A stretch of 63,930 nt of DNA, counting the filler. It is 8 parts of 8 records of this genome, joined end to end, with 100 filler letters (N's around TTAATTAATTAA, not from the genome) between each part and the next. Parts side by side here need not be neighbours in the genome. Positions count along the whole stretch, not along the records: positions 42,955 to 50,573 come from SRR31156797_25670; positions 50,674 to 57,304 come from SRR31156797_25673; positions 57,405 to 63,930 come from SRR31156797_25677; 5 more parts are not named here. One strand, given 5' to 3'. Position numbers and translations under genes: made by a program. Under the pieces are notes generated by a model. That model saw only the letters and a program-made list of their open reading frames with translations. It made no database searches and had not been told where the DNA came from. Below are positions 50,463 through 60,865 of the stretch, one piece after another. Every line of letters starts with the position of its first letter. Within the stretch, counting starts at the first letter, position 1.

Positions 50463-50501
50463 CGCAAACGGTTTCGCAATCGTTCCCGCAATCGATTGCG
50501 G
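50463..50501. promoter_or_regulatory. LacI-family operator array
   Basis: Perfect palindrome CCGCAATCGATTGCGG (50486-50501) preceded by two degenerate copies at a 12-nt period. Confidence 0.7.
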
Positions 50502-50673
50502 TTAATAACTTTTTTGAAAAAACTTTTGTAATGGTTGAAATCATTTTAACCTGAAAAATTCATGAATTTTTCANNNNNNNNNNNNNNNNNNNNNNNNNNN
50601 NNNNNNNNNNNNNNNNNTTAATTAATTAANNNNNNNNNNNNNNNNNNNNNNNNNNNNNNNNNNNNNNNNNNNN

Positions 50674-50742
50674 CGCAGTCTCTTCTTCAGTAAGAGTTGG
50701 CTTAACAATAAACATTGTTTCATAATGTTTTAATTTTGACAT
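50674..50742 (-). CDS. rpsF: 30S ribosomal protein S6, N-terminus (3'-truncated; absent from the ORF track)
   Basis: MSKLKHYETMFIVKPTLTEEETA, AAGGAG RBS, directly downstream of holA. Confidence 0.9.
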
Positions 50743-50816
50743 CTAATTTCTCCTTTTAGTTTGTGCCGGTATCTTTACAAATATCAGCAAGGACTTTTTT
50801 TGTAAAGTTGCTGATT

Positions 50817-51797
50817 TTATCTAATTAAAACTGAAATTTTTCTAAGACAAGCTTGTAGATATAGATTTGAATCGTGAATTTTTGAAGATTTTAATTCTAA
50901 CTCAATATTTAAAAGGTAAGTAAGTATTTCTAAGAATTTCTCTGGTTTGATATTAATTGCTAATCTTGTTTTCTTTTCCCATACATTTTTAGGAGGAACA
51001 AAACCTAATATCTCTTTTGCATTTGGTGCCCCATGAACTCTTGCATAAGAGCTTATCATAAATAGTTGTTGCACAAAAGAAGTTACTTGAGTTAATAAAT
51101 AAATTTCATTCATTCCCTCTTCAAGTAATAGCTCTAATTCTTCACTTATATCTTGTGAAGATAGTAAATTATGTAAAAAATCTTCAAAATTAATTGCTCC
51201 AATCCCAAAACAGTGAGCATTTATTTTATCAGTTGTAATTTTTTCATTTAAAATTGCAAGTTTCTCTAAATCATTTACACATAAAGATAAATCTTGTCTA
51301 TGCATAAAATAAAGATGATTTAATGCTGACATCTCATAATTTAAGTTTAGACTTCTTGCATGGTTCTCAATAAGTTTTACGGCTTCATTTGCAAAAGGTG
51401 AGAAAAGTCTAACACTAACAGATTTTAGTTTTGTAGTAAAATATCCGCCCATTGCTTTAAAATCACTATCACCCATACAAGCGAAAATAACTTTAGAATC
51501 AGGGTTTACACTACAAGCTTCTATTAGTTCTACTACTTCTTTTTTTGGAAGTTTTTTTTCTATTTTGATAATAAGTATATTATTTGATGCAAAAAGTGAA
51601 GACTGAAGAAGTTTATCTTTTGCATATTTGAAGTTATAATCATCATAATATAGCTTTTCTATCTCATCTTTAGAACCTAAACTATCAGCCACTAAATTAG
51701 TGTAATAGTCTATTAAAAAAGATGACTGCCCATAAAACATATAAGCATTGAAGATTTCATTTTGTCTTAACTTATTATCAAATTCGTTTCTATACAT
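50817..51797 (-). CDS. holA: DNA polymerase III delta subunit
   Basis: MFYG, LLQSSLFAS and NDLEKL motifs; synteny with rpsF. Confidence 0.85.
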   Translation of the reverse strand: MYRNEFDNKLRQNEIFNAYMFYGQSSFLIDYYTNLVADSLGSKDEIEKLYYDDYNFKYAKDKLLQSSLFASNNILIIKIEKKLPKKEVVELIEACSVNPDSKVIFACMGDSDFKAMGGYFTTKLKSVSVRLFSPFANEAVKLIENHARSLNLNYEMSALNHLYFMHRQDLSLCVNDLEKLAILNEKITTDKINAHCFGIGAINFEDFLHNLLSSQDISEELELLLEEGMNEIYLLTQVTSFVQQLFMISSYARVHGAPNAKEILGFVPPKNVWEKKTRLAINIKPEKFLEILTYLLNIELELKSSKIHDSNLYLQACLRKISVLIR

Positions 51798-51888
51798 GTT
51801 GAAATAATAACTAAAATTAGCTTTTTTTGTACTTTTCTTTTTTTATGAAAACAATTTGTTACAATATCAGAAACAAAAGGTTTTATTT

Positions 51889-52287
51889 ATGGATATTGAA
51901 ATTTCTACTCCTGCATTACTATTTCCAGCAGTCTCTTTACTACTATTAGCTTATACAAACAGATTTCTTACAACGGGTCAATTAATTAGAGCTTTAAGTT
52001 CACAAGCAAGAAAAGGAGAAATTGGGGAATACAAAGGTCAAATTGATAACTTGAAAAAAAGACTTGAACTAACAAAATGGATGCAGTTTTTTGGAGCTTT
52101 ATCACTTTTAATGTGTACAATCTCTATGTTTTGTCTTTTTTTAGGGTTTTATATTTTTGGTAAACAAATTTTTGGATTAAGTCTAATCTCTATGTGTTTA
52201 TCATTAGGTATTTCTATTTGGGAAGTTTATATCTCATCAAATGCATTAAACCTTGAATTAAAAGATTTAATGGAAAAATGTAACTAA
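51889..52287 (+). CDS. DUF2721-like membrane protein
   Basis: TPALLFPAVSLLLLAYTNRF signature. Confidence 0.8.
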   Translation: MDIEISTPALLFPAVSLLLLAYTNRFLTTGQLIRALSSQARKGEIGEYKGQIDNLKKRLELTKWMQFFGALSLLMCTISMFCLFLGFYIFGKQIFGLSLISMCLSLGISIWEVYISSNALNLELKDLMEKCN

Positions 52288-52306
52288 TAAATTAATAGGA
52301 GCTATT

Positions 52307-52645
52307 ATGCAAACAGAAGCAAAGATTTTATGGACTAGTGATAATAAAGAAACAGTAGAAAACATGGTACTTTTATATGCTCATAATGCAAAACTAAAAG
52401 CATGGATGGAAGAAGTGACAGTTTTAGTTTGGGGAGCAAGTCAAAAACTAATCCATGAAGATAAACAAATCCAAGAAAAAATAAAACAGATGTCAAAGGA
52501 TGGTGTTAAATTTATTGCTTGTTTAAAGTGTGCAGATAACTTAAGTATCACCTCAACACTAGAATCTTGCGATATTAATGTTTATTATACAGGTGAACTT
52601 TTAAGTCAATGGATTAAATCAGGGGATACAATTATTACTGTTTAG
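52307..52645 (+). CDS. DsrE-like protein
   Basis: LVWGAS and ACLKCAD motifs. Confidence 0.75.
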   Translation: MQTEAKILWTSDNKETVENMVLLYAHNAKLKAWMEEVTVLVWGASQKLIHEDKQIQEKIKQMSKDGVKFIACLKCADNLSITSTLESCDINVYYTGELLSQWIKSGDTIITV

Positions 52646-53244
52646 TCTTCTTTTTTATATAAAGCATAGATAAACTCTCTTGTATTTAAACTTGGCATAG
52701 TAAACTCAAAAGTTTCAGACTCTAATAGTTTGAAACTTTTCCCAAGATAAGATTTAAACTCTTCTAAATCATACTGTTTTAAAGGTAGATTTGCACACTT
52801 TTTTGCAGTACCTTTTTTATATTGGGCAAAAAGAACAAGACCATCTTTTCTAAGACTTTGTTTTAAACTTTCAAAATAGTTTTTAATATCTTCTTCATCA
52901 ATTAAAAAATGTAGTACTGCCCTATCTATCCAAACATCACACTCTTTTTTAAAAGGCTTTGAAATATCATGATGAAAAAACTCTACATTTTTATTTTCTA
53001 TTCTTTGTTTTAAGATATCTAAAGCTTCTTGGCTTATATCATTTAAAACTGTTTTTCCTTTTCTTGAAGCTAAAACATCTGCTATTTTAGAAGTACCTAC
53101 TCCACTTACAAAGATATCTTTATCACTTAAGTTCTCAACTTTTTTTAAATACTTTTGTGTTTGAGAAAAATCTTTTTCAAACCAACCTAAAATTTCCTCA
53201 CATTGAGTATTAAAAATATTATCCCAGTGTTCTTGTTTTTCCAT
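52642..53244 (-). CDS. Class I SAM-dependent methyltransferase
   Basis: EHWDNIF, GVGTS and WIDRAVLHFL motifs. Confidence 0.8.
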   Translation of the reverse strand: MEKQEHWDNIFNTQCEEILGWFEKDFSQTQKYLKKVENLSDKDIFVSGVGTSKIADVLASRKGKTVLNDISQEALDILKQRIENKNVEFFHHDISKPFKKECDVWIDRAVLHFLIDEEDIKNYFESLKQSLRKDGLVLFAQYKKGTAKKCANLPLKQYDLEEFKSYLGKSFKLLESETFEFTMPSLNTREFIYALYKKED

Positions 53245-55100
53245 TAGTATTTTAGTGACCCCACAATTTTTTTAGTAATTATATCACTTGATTTTATTAC
53301 TATCTTTTGCTTAGAGAATAGCACTTGCCCTTTATAGTTATCTAAATAGACTTTCATACCAGGAACTACTCCATAGGCAACACAAGCACCTTTTTCATCA
53401 TCAGTTATTTTTACTTTTATCTCAGCTCCAAGATTTTTTGCTGCCCATCTTGCATATTTTCTATCTTCAAAGTCCCAAACCATTTGATCTATTTTTCTTT
53501 CTTGAATAGAGATATGGTCACATATTTCATCAATATTTTTAGGTGTTTGTTTTGTTTTTAGCATACGATGTAAAACTAAATCTGAGTATCTTCTAATTGG
53601 GCTTGTAAAGTGTGAATAAGAAGAGAAACCTAAACCAAAGTGTCCTAAGTTTTTAGAAGAGTATTTTGCTTGTGTTTGTGCATGAATAATTAGTTCATCA
53701 ATTTCATCTTTGATTACTGAATGTTTGGCTTTCTTTTGAATATGAGTGATTGTATCATGAACATCATTTTGTAATTTTGCTTTTATTCCTAAGGCATTTA
53801 CATCATCAACCAGTTTTGATATTGCTTTAAATGCTGGTTCTTCATGTATTCTAAAAATCCCAACAGAGTTTACTTTTTTACTTGCTTCAATATTTGCTAA
53901 AAGCATACACTCTTCAACTAACTGATGAGAAGGTGAAGAGGTTTCAATATCAATACCTTCTAACTCATATTGTCTATTTAACTTTAATCTATACTCAACA
54001 CTTCTAAAGTCATAACCTTTTTTTAATCTTTCATGTCTAAAAGATTTTGTAACTTCATATAAAGAGACTAAAGTATCAAAGATATCTTTCTCTTCTTGTG
54101 TATAGGTATCAAACTTTCCATCAAGTACTCTATCAATTCTTCCATAAGAGAATTTTCTTCTTGACTTTATGATTGCTTCAAATACTTCTGATTTTAATAT
54201 TGCTTTATTTTCTATATCTAAATAGATTTTAAATACATAAGAGTATCTTTCAACGCCTTCTTTTAATGAACACATATCTTCACTAAGCTCATTTGGAAGC
54301 ATTGGTAAAACTTTTCCAGGTAAATAAGCAGATGTACTTTTTTGAAAGGCTAACTTATCAAGCTCACTACCCTCTTTTACAAAATAAGAAACATCAGCAA
54401 TAGCTACATAAAGGATTTCTCCTTCTTCATCATAATAGATTGCATCGTCATGGTCTTTTGCACTTGCAGGGTCAATTGTAGTAAAAGCTAAATGTGTTAA
54501 ATCAACTCTCTCATTTGTATCATCCATTTTTGCTTCTACATTTAATGGCTTTTGTAATCTAAACTCTTCATTGTATAGATGTAATGATATTTGTTCATCT
54601 ATTTTTGCATCACGTATATTTCCTAGATTTTTTATAATTTCAAACTTTTTGTCATCTATTAATAAAACATCATTCTCATTTGCTTCAAGCTCTTTTTTTA
54701 TTTGAAGTTCAATATTCTCTTTTATAGTATAAAACTTATTGTCTCTTTTATATACTAAAATTTCTTTTCTAGTTCCTTCTAGGATTCTTATAATTTTTGC
54801 TTTTGTTCTACTTCTTGGATTAAAAACTCTTTTTGCTAATACTAAATCATTATCATATGCACCTTCTAGATTTTCAAAATCTATTCTTATATCTTTGTAT
54901 TCATTTGATAAGTCTTTTAAAGTTGCAGTATTTTTATTGATTTTCACTGTAGCAATTTTGTATTTAGAATTTATTTCAAATATATTATTATCTTTTCTTA
55001 TGATTATCTCTTCATTTAAAAAAGGTTCTAATTGCGCTAGTTCCTCATTTGAAAAGTCATTTATACCTTTTTCAATCTTTGTAAAAATCTTTTTTAACAA
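53244..55100 (-). CDS. rnr: Ribonuclease R family exoribonuclease
   Basis: TIDPASAKDHDDA and HFTSPIRRYSDL motifs. Confidence 0.85.
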   Translation of the reverse strand: MLKKIFTKIEKGINDFSNEELAQLEPFLNEEIIIRKDNNIFEINSKYKIATVKINKNTATLKDLSNEYKDIRIDFENLEGAYDNDLVLAKRVFNPRSRTKAKIIRILEGTRKEILVYKRDNKFYTIKENIELQIKKELEANENDVLLIDDKKFEIIKNLGNIRDAKIDEQISLHLYNEEFRLQKPLNVEAKMDDTNERVDLTHLAFTTIDPASAKDHDDAIYYDEEGEILYVAIADVSYFVKEGSELDKLAFQKSTSAYLPGKVLPMLPNELSEDMCSLKEGVERYSYVFKIYLDIENKAILKSEVFEAIIKSRRKFSYGRIDRVLDGKFDTYTQEEKDIFDTLVSLYEVTKSFRHERLKKGYDFRSVEYRLKLNRQYELEGIDIETSSPSHQLVEECMLLANIEASKKVNSVGIFRIHEEPAFKAISKLVDDVNALGIKAKLQNDVHDTITHIQKKAKHSVIKDEIDELIIHAQTQAKYSSKNLGHFGLGFSSYSHFTSPIRRYSDLVLHRMLKTKQTPKNIDEICDHISIQERKIDQMVWDFEDRKYARWAAKNLGAEIKVKITDDEKGACVAYGVVPGMKVYLDNYKGQVLFSKQKIVIKSSDIITKKIVGSLKY

Positions 55101-55175
55101 GATTTATCCTTTAATTAATGTTTTGTTATTTGTTTGATATAATTTTATTCTTAAGTTTATTCAAAGGACGTTTGA

Positions 55176-55934
55176 ATGTTTTTTAAAATAATTATTTCTC
55201 TTACTCTATTATTAAGTACTTCACTTATGGCAAATAGTAGCAAACCTACACTTATATTCTATTGTGGAATTACAATGGTTAAACCTATCAAAGAGATGGC
55301 TAAAATTATTGAAGATAAATATAACTGTACTATTAAAATCTCTCAAGGTGGTTCAAAAGACCTTTATGACTCATTGAAGTACTCAAAAGTAGGTGATTTA
55401 TTTCTTCCAGGAAGTAACTCATATAGAACAAATAATCTAAAAGATGGATACTTACTTGAAGCAGTTGAAATAGGCTATAACAAAGCAGCAATATTTGTTA
55501 GAAAAGATAAAAACAAAGGAAATATTGATTTAGAAGATTTTATAAAAACGTCATTATCTTCAATTTTATGTAATCCAAAATCAGGAAGCATAGGAAGAGA
55601 AACTAAAAAAATATTTGAAAACTACAAAGGCGAAGATTTTTTCTATGATGCCTATGACAATTCAGTTGAAATTGGAACAGATTCAAGAAATCTAAATAGA
55701 GCCTTAATAGATAAAAGAGCAGATATAACTATAAACTGGCGTTCAACAGCTTTTTGGCAAGAAAATAATAAATATATAGATATAATAGAGATAGATGAAA
55801 AGTTTGCTAAAAAAGAGCAACTTAAAATATCACTACTTAAATTTTCGCAAAATAAAGAGATTGCAAAAGCCTTTATGGAGTTTGCAGCTTCAAAAGAAGG
55901 ACAAAAGATTATGAAAAAGTATGGTTTTTTATAG
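55176..55934 (+). CDS. ModA-like periplasmic substrate-binding protein
   Basis: Signal peptide; GGSKDL, DLFLPGS, GSIG and EGQKIMKKYGF motifs. Confidence 0.8.
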   Translation: MFFKIIISLTLLLSTSLMANSSKPTLIFYCGITMVKPIKEMAKIIEDKYNCTIKISQGGSKDLYDSLKYSKVGDLFLPGSNSYRTNNLKDGYLLEAVEIGYNKAAIFVRKDKNKGNIDLEDFIKTSLSSILCNPKSGSIGRETKKIFENYKGEDFFYDAYDNSVEIGTDSRNLNRALIDKRADITINWRSTAFWQENNKYIDIIEIDEKFAKKEQLKISLLKFSQNKEIAKAFMEFAASKEGQKIMKKYGFL

Positions 55935-55942
55935 GATGATTT

Positions 55943-57304
55943 TTGTTTAAAAACATCTCTTACAATCTTAAAAATTTAATCTTATTACTTTTAGTTTTTG
56001 TATTTGGACTAATTTTTCTTATTTCTTTACATCTATTTTTTCTAAATCTAATTGAGAACTTAGATAAAAAAACAGAGAATCTAAAAGCAAAGATGGAAAT
56101 TGGGGAATTAATTGTAAATGACCTACATAAAATACGTTCTGACTTTTACGAACTAGCAACTTCTACTACAAATGTAAGAGGAATGAAACTTATAAATCAA
56201 AGAATTGAAAATAAAGTTGAAGAGATAGAAGATAGCCTAAGTATTTTAGAAAATGGGGGAAAATTAGAGCGAACTATTAGATTAAATATCGTAGGACATA
56301 ATGATACAAAAAAGATAATTACTTATAAAAAAGATGACAATAATATCTCCCTTGAAGTAATTGATTTAAGCCCAAAAATTATTCAATTTGAAGAGATGCT
56401 TCAAACTTTAAATGAGCTTTTAAAAAAGCAGTTTTCCCTTAAAAGAGAGAATAACCTAGAAGGTTTTTTAAAACAAAACAAAACAATCAAAAGATTTTAT
56501 AAAAGTACTCCCGCATTTTTTGTAAGGGTTACGGAAAATGCAAATAGACTTTTATATGAAGGAACTATTGAACTAAAGAAACTACAAGGTGAAATTAAAA
56601 AGCAAAAGAAACAATATACTCAACTAGAACTACTTTTAATTTTAATGATTATTTTGACAGTTTTAATTCTAGGGTTCTTAATTGCTATTCAAATAAATAA
56701 AAATACTAAAAATCTTCAAATACAAGAGCGTTCAACTAGAGGTATTTTAGATGCTCAAAAAAATATAGTTGTTGTAAGTAATGGCGAATATATGATTGAT
56801 GCGAACCAAGCATTAGTTGACTTTTTTGATGGCTACAATAGTTTTAATGACTTTAAAAAAGACCATATTTGTATTTGTGACTTTTTTATTGATATCAAAG
56901 ATGATGAATATATAGTTGATAAAGATTATGATGGAAGAATGTGGTTTGAGTATATTCTTGATAATCCAAATAGACTGCATAAAGTTGCAATGTATAAACA
57001 AAAGAGTTTAAACTATTTTACAATCACAGCAACAAAAAAGATATTAGACTCTCAAAATTTTATTGTTATTGTTGCATTAAATAATATTACTACAGAAATT
57101 CAAACTCAAAAAAAGTTAAAAGCTTTAAATGACAACCTTGAAAATATAGTAAACGATAAAACAAAAGAACTTCAAGACCTAAATGAAACTCTTGAACTAA
57201 GAATCAAAGAAGAAGTTGAAAAAAATAGAGAAAAAGATAAAACTCTAATTCAACAAGGACGATTTGCAGCATTAGGTGAGATGATAGGAAATATTGCCCA
57301 CCAA
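55943..57304 (+). CDS. Membrane sensor histidine kinase with PAS-like domain (3'-truncated)
   Basis: Two TMs, a PAS-like region and the H-box ALGEMIGNIAHQ at the gap. Confidence 0.85.
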
Positions 57305-57405
57305 NNNNNNNNNNNNNNNNNNNNNNNNNNNNNNNNNNNNNNNNNNNNTTAATTAATTAANNNNNNNNNNNNNNNNNNNNNNNNNNNNNNNNNNNNNNNN
57401 NNNNC

Positions 57406-57549
57406 ATCGTAACCGATATGTCCTATGCCGACGGCTATCATCTGACCGCTCTGTTCACCACCGCCATCGCCCTGTTCATATTCATTCTCGCCAATAATAT
57501 GACCGTCCATCTGATCCTGAGAAAGTCCAGCCTGCTGGAGGAAATCTAA
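57406..57549 (+). CDS. pstC: Phosphate ABC permease PstC, C-terminus (5'-truncated)
   Basis: IVTDMSYADGYHLTALFTTAIALFIFIL directly upstream of pstA. Confidence 0.8.
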   Translation: MVTDMSYADGYHLTALFTTAIALFIFILANNMTVHLILRKSSLLEEI

Positions 57550-57552
57550 AAA

Positions 57553-59271
57553 ATGAATACGACTATGATTAGAACTGCAGAAAACATGAAAGACGGCGTG
57601 TCCATTGCCAGGCAGACCGTCATCAACAAACGAAAAGACAGTGCATTCAACGGTGTCATCTGGGCTGCTGTCGGCCTGACAATGTTTATCCTTGTCTTTA
57701 TAATCGGGTATGTCCTCGTACGGGGATTCTATTACCGTCACAACGTTAGCTACGATGTTACCGATTTCCAGGAAGAGCGCATACTGGTCAATTCCGGGGA
57801 AGAGCGCTTCGTCAACATCATCATCAACAAGAAAATCCGTATCGACGAGATTGACGTAGAGCTTCTGAACAATGTGTTCAACGGCTACGAATACGAATGG
57901 GCCGCCTATTCGGGACAGGACGAAGAGCTTGTATTTTACAGCTACGACGATCCCGAAGACATCTACCGGGACGCCGTCAGCGCCTTCCTCGCCGAAGGCG
58001 ATGAGTTCAGCGAGTACGCCGAGTATGTGAGTTCTGAGCAGGAGATGGTCGATAAGGTCGCCTCGACCATCGGCGGGTTCGGATACATCGACGCCGATAC
58101 CGATGTCTCCCTGGACGATGTTAAGATCATCCGTCTGAGAAGGCTGGTCGTGGGAGCCAATCCCGGAGTCACGGCCCTTCAGAAGCATGAAATCATCAAC
58201 GATAAGGGGCAGACCGTAACCGTCGGCAAGAGGCTGAACTTTGTCAAACAGAACGAAGTCAAATCGCTTTTCGCCGGAAAGTACGCTAACTGGGAAGAGT
58301 TGGGCGGGGCCGATCTGCCGGTTATCCCTGTCATCGACCGGAGCGCCGCGAGCTGCAGCCGCGTGTTCCTCGATGAGTTCTTCGGTCAGGATTTCAGCTT
58401 CGCCCCTGCCGCGGTATACGTCGATTCTCCCGAAGAGTATTTTGAGACCATCCGCACGACCGAAGGGGCCATCGGATTCTGTTCTCACAGGAATATGGTG
58501 GCGAACGGATTGGACCCTGTGCCCGTCAACCGGGTCGAGCAGGGGGTGAATATGTCGCTCCCCTTCCTCTACGAGGCCAGCCGGAAAGCCGGAGCCGCCG
58601 GAGGGATCAGGGACATCATCATCAATACGGTTCTGCTGGTGGTCTTTACCCTCGGCCTGGCCACTCCCCTCGGGGTGTTCGCCGCTGTGTACTTTATCGA
58701 GTACTCGAAGCAGAGCAGCCGCTTGATGCACGTCCTGCGGCTCGGAACCGATACGCTGAACGCCATTCCGTCGATCATCTTCGGTCTTTTCGGTTACCTG
58801 GTATTCGTTCAGCTTCTCGGTTTCAGGATGGGGCTGCTGTCGGGAACCCTGACCATGACCATGATGATCCTGCCGACGATTATCAGAACCTCCGAGGAGG
58901 CGCTGAAAGCAGTTCCCAGATCCTACCGCGAAGGCTCCCTCGGACTGGGCGCCACAAAATGGCAGACCATTATCAGGGTCGTGATCCCCGCCGCGTCAAC
59001 GGGGATCCTCAACGGTGTCATCCTGGGAATGGGACGGGCAATCGGGGAAACCGCCGCTCTCATGTTCACCATGGGAATGGGGGGGACCATCGCCGGGCTG
59101 ACCACCGCAGGCCGGACCATGTCGGTACACCTGTATTACATATTCAGCGAAGGGATTTCAAAGGACAGGGCCTTCGCCACAGCGGCCATACTCATCTTTG
59201 TGGTGCTGCTCATTAACTATTCAACGACCCGGCTCGTCGGAAAGATGAACGAAAAGTCGGGTACGAAATAA
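57553..59271 (+). CDS. pstA: Phosphate ABC permease PstA with a large PstS-like periplasmic insertion
   Basis: C-terminal [18 protein letters not shown]...[13 protein letters not shown] and GRAIGETAA motifs. Confidence 0.9.
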   Translation: MNTTMIRTAENMKDGVSIARQTVINKRKDSAFNGVIWAAVGLTMFILVFIIGYVLVRGFYYRHNVSYDVTDFQEERILVNSGEERFVNIIINKKIRIDEIDVELLNNVFNGYEYEWAAYSGQDEELVFYSYDDPEDIYRDAVSAFLAEGDEFSEYAEYVSSEQEMVDKVASTIGGFGYIDADTDVSLDDVKIIRLRRLVVGANPGVTALQKHEIINDKGQTVTVGKRLNFVKQNEVKSLFAGKYANWEELGGADLPVIPVIDRSAASCSRVFLDEFFGQDFSFAPAAVYVDSPEEYFETIRTTEGAIGFCSHRNMVANGLDPVPVNRVEQGVNMSLPFLYEASRKAGAAGGIRDIIINTVLLVVFTLGLATPLGVFAAVYFIEYSKQSSRLMHVLRLGTDTLNAIPSIIFGLFGYLVFVQLLGFRMGLLSGTLTMTMMILPTIIRTSEEALKAVPRSYREGSLGLGATKWQTIIRVVIPAASTGILNGVILGMGRAIGETAALMFTMGMGGTIAGLTTAGRTMSVHLYYIFSEGISKDRAFATAAILIFVVLLINYSTTRLVGKMNEKSGTK

Positions 59272-59342
59272 GGCCTTCAGGCCTTCGCGAGATAAACACT
59301 GAGGCTCTGGAGGAGCCTTGGGAGAGCAAGGAGATAACATAC

Positions 59343-60095
59343 ATGGATTCGAAGTTTTCGGTAGAGAATCTTAATCTGTTTTACGGGGACTTTCAGGCCC
59401 TTCACGATATCAGGATGGACGTTAGGGAGAAAGAGGTCACCGCACTGATCGGCCCTTCGGGCTGCGGGAAGTCAACCTATATCAGAACCCTGAACAGGAT
59501 GAACGACCTCATCGATATCTGTAAGATCGACGGAACCATCAAATACGATAACCGGAACATCTACGACGAATGGGACATTATCGAGCTGAGAAAGAAGGTG
59601 GGCATGGTTTTCCAGAAGCCCAATCCCTTTCCCATGTCCATCTATGACAACGTCGCTTACGGTCCCCGGACCCACGGCGTCAAAAGCCGCAACCGGCTGA
59701 ACGACATCGTCGAGAAAAGCCTGAGGCAGGCTTCCCTTTTCGACGAGGTCAAGGACAGGCTGCATAAGCCCGCGCTGGGGCTTTCCGGAGGGCAGCAGCA
59801 GAGGCTCTGCATCGCCCGCGTCCTTGCGGTCGAGCCGGACGTGGTACTGATGGATGAGCCCACATCGGCTCTGGACCCCATATCCACCTCTCGTATCGAG
59901 GATCTGATAGACGAATTGAAGAAGAACTACACCATTGTCATCGTTACCCACAACATGCAGCAGGCGGGTCGCATCTCCGATAAGACCGCGTTCTTTCTTC
60001 ATGGGAAGATCGAGGAGTTCGGACCTACCGACGAGATCTTCTTCAATCCCAAGAGCCAGAAGACGGAAGAGTATATTTCCGGTAAGTTCGGCTGA
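59343..60095 (+). CDS. pstB: Phosphate ABC ATPase
   Basis: [24 protein letters not shown] and DEPTSALDP motifs. Confidence 0.96.
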   Translation: MDSKFSVENLNLFYGDFQALHDIRMDVREKEVTALIGPSGCGKSTYIRTLNRMNDLIDICKIDGTIKYDNRNIYDEWDIIELRKKVGMVFQKPNPFPMSIYDNVAYGPRTHGVKSRNRLNDIVEKSLRQASLFDEVKDRLHKPALGLSGGQQQRLCIARVLAVEPDVVLMDEPTSALDPISTSRIEDLIDELKKNYTIVIVTHNMQQAGRISDKTAFFLHGKIEEFGPTDEIFFNPKSQKTEEYISGKFG

Positions 60096-60203
60096 GGTCC
60101 GGTACTTTTTGAGCAAGGTTTTTCCAAAAGTCGAAAATATGCGTTATCATTTGAGACGGGGAAAACGTGGAGATTCTGTACAATAGATGAGGAGTTACTA
60201 TAA

Positions 60204-60854
60204 ATGATCAGACAGCACTACGAAGATGACCTGGCTGAACTGAGCAGAGAGATTATGAAGATGGGCCTTCGCGTGGAGGAGGCCGTCAACAAGGCGGTCA
60301 CATCCCTCAAAGAGAAGGATAAGGAGCTGGCGCAGCAGGTAATAGACGAGGACGACGCTATCGATGAGATGGAGAAGGATCTCTGCGACAAATGCGCTCT
60401 GATCATCGCCAGGGAGCAGCCCGTCGCCGGAGACCTGCGCCACCTGATCAGCGCTATCAAGATCATCACCGATATCGAAAGGATCGGGGATCATGCGGTC
60501 CATGTGGCCAAGGGCGCAATGAATCTGGCAGGGACGGAATTTGTCAAGCCCCTTATCGATATTCCCCGTATGGCCGAGCTCGATATCTCCATGGTGAACC
60601 GGGCCGTCAAGGCTTATGTGGAGAAGGATGGGGAGTCCGCCGTTAAAGTGGCCGCCGAGGACAATACGGTGGACGAGCTTCATAAACAAGTCATGCGAGA
60701 GCTTTTCACCGTTATGATGGGAGATCCCAAAAAGATCGAGGGCGGAATGGCCCTTATGTATATGAGCCGTTTCCTGGAGCGCATCGGCGACCATGTCCGC
60801 AATATCTGCGAATGGGTCGTCTTTGCCGAAACGGGTGAACACGAGAACCTGTAA
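60204..60854 (+). CDS. phoU: Phosphate signalling protein PhoU
   Basis: Duplicated ERIGDH motifs and QPVAGDLR. Confidence 0.95.
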   Translation: MIRQHYEDDLAELSREIMKMGLRVEEAVNKAVTSLKEKDKELAQQVIDEDDAIDEMEKDLCDKCALIIAREQPVAGDLRHLISAIKIITDIERIGDHAVHVAKGAMNLAGTEFVKPLIDIPRMAELDISMVNRAVKAYVEKDGESAVKVAAEDNTVDELHKQVMRELFTVMMGDPKKIEGGMALMYMSRFLERIGDHVRNICEWVVFAETGEHENL

Positions 60855-60865
60855 AGGAAGGCATT

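Noticed and set aside
3930-55100. Two RNB-family nucleases and two MCPs in one window
   Set aside because: They lie on different contigs from different taxa, so the co-occurrence is coincidental.
7312-57404. Seven regularly recurring TTAATTAATTAA motifs in N-runs, with sharp GC shifts between blocks
   Set aside because: These are artificial contig linkers. The GC shifts reflect different organisms, not genomic islands, and no cross-linker gene clusters should be inferred.
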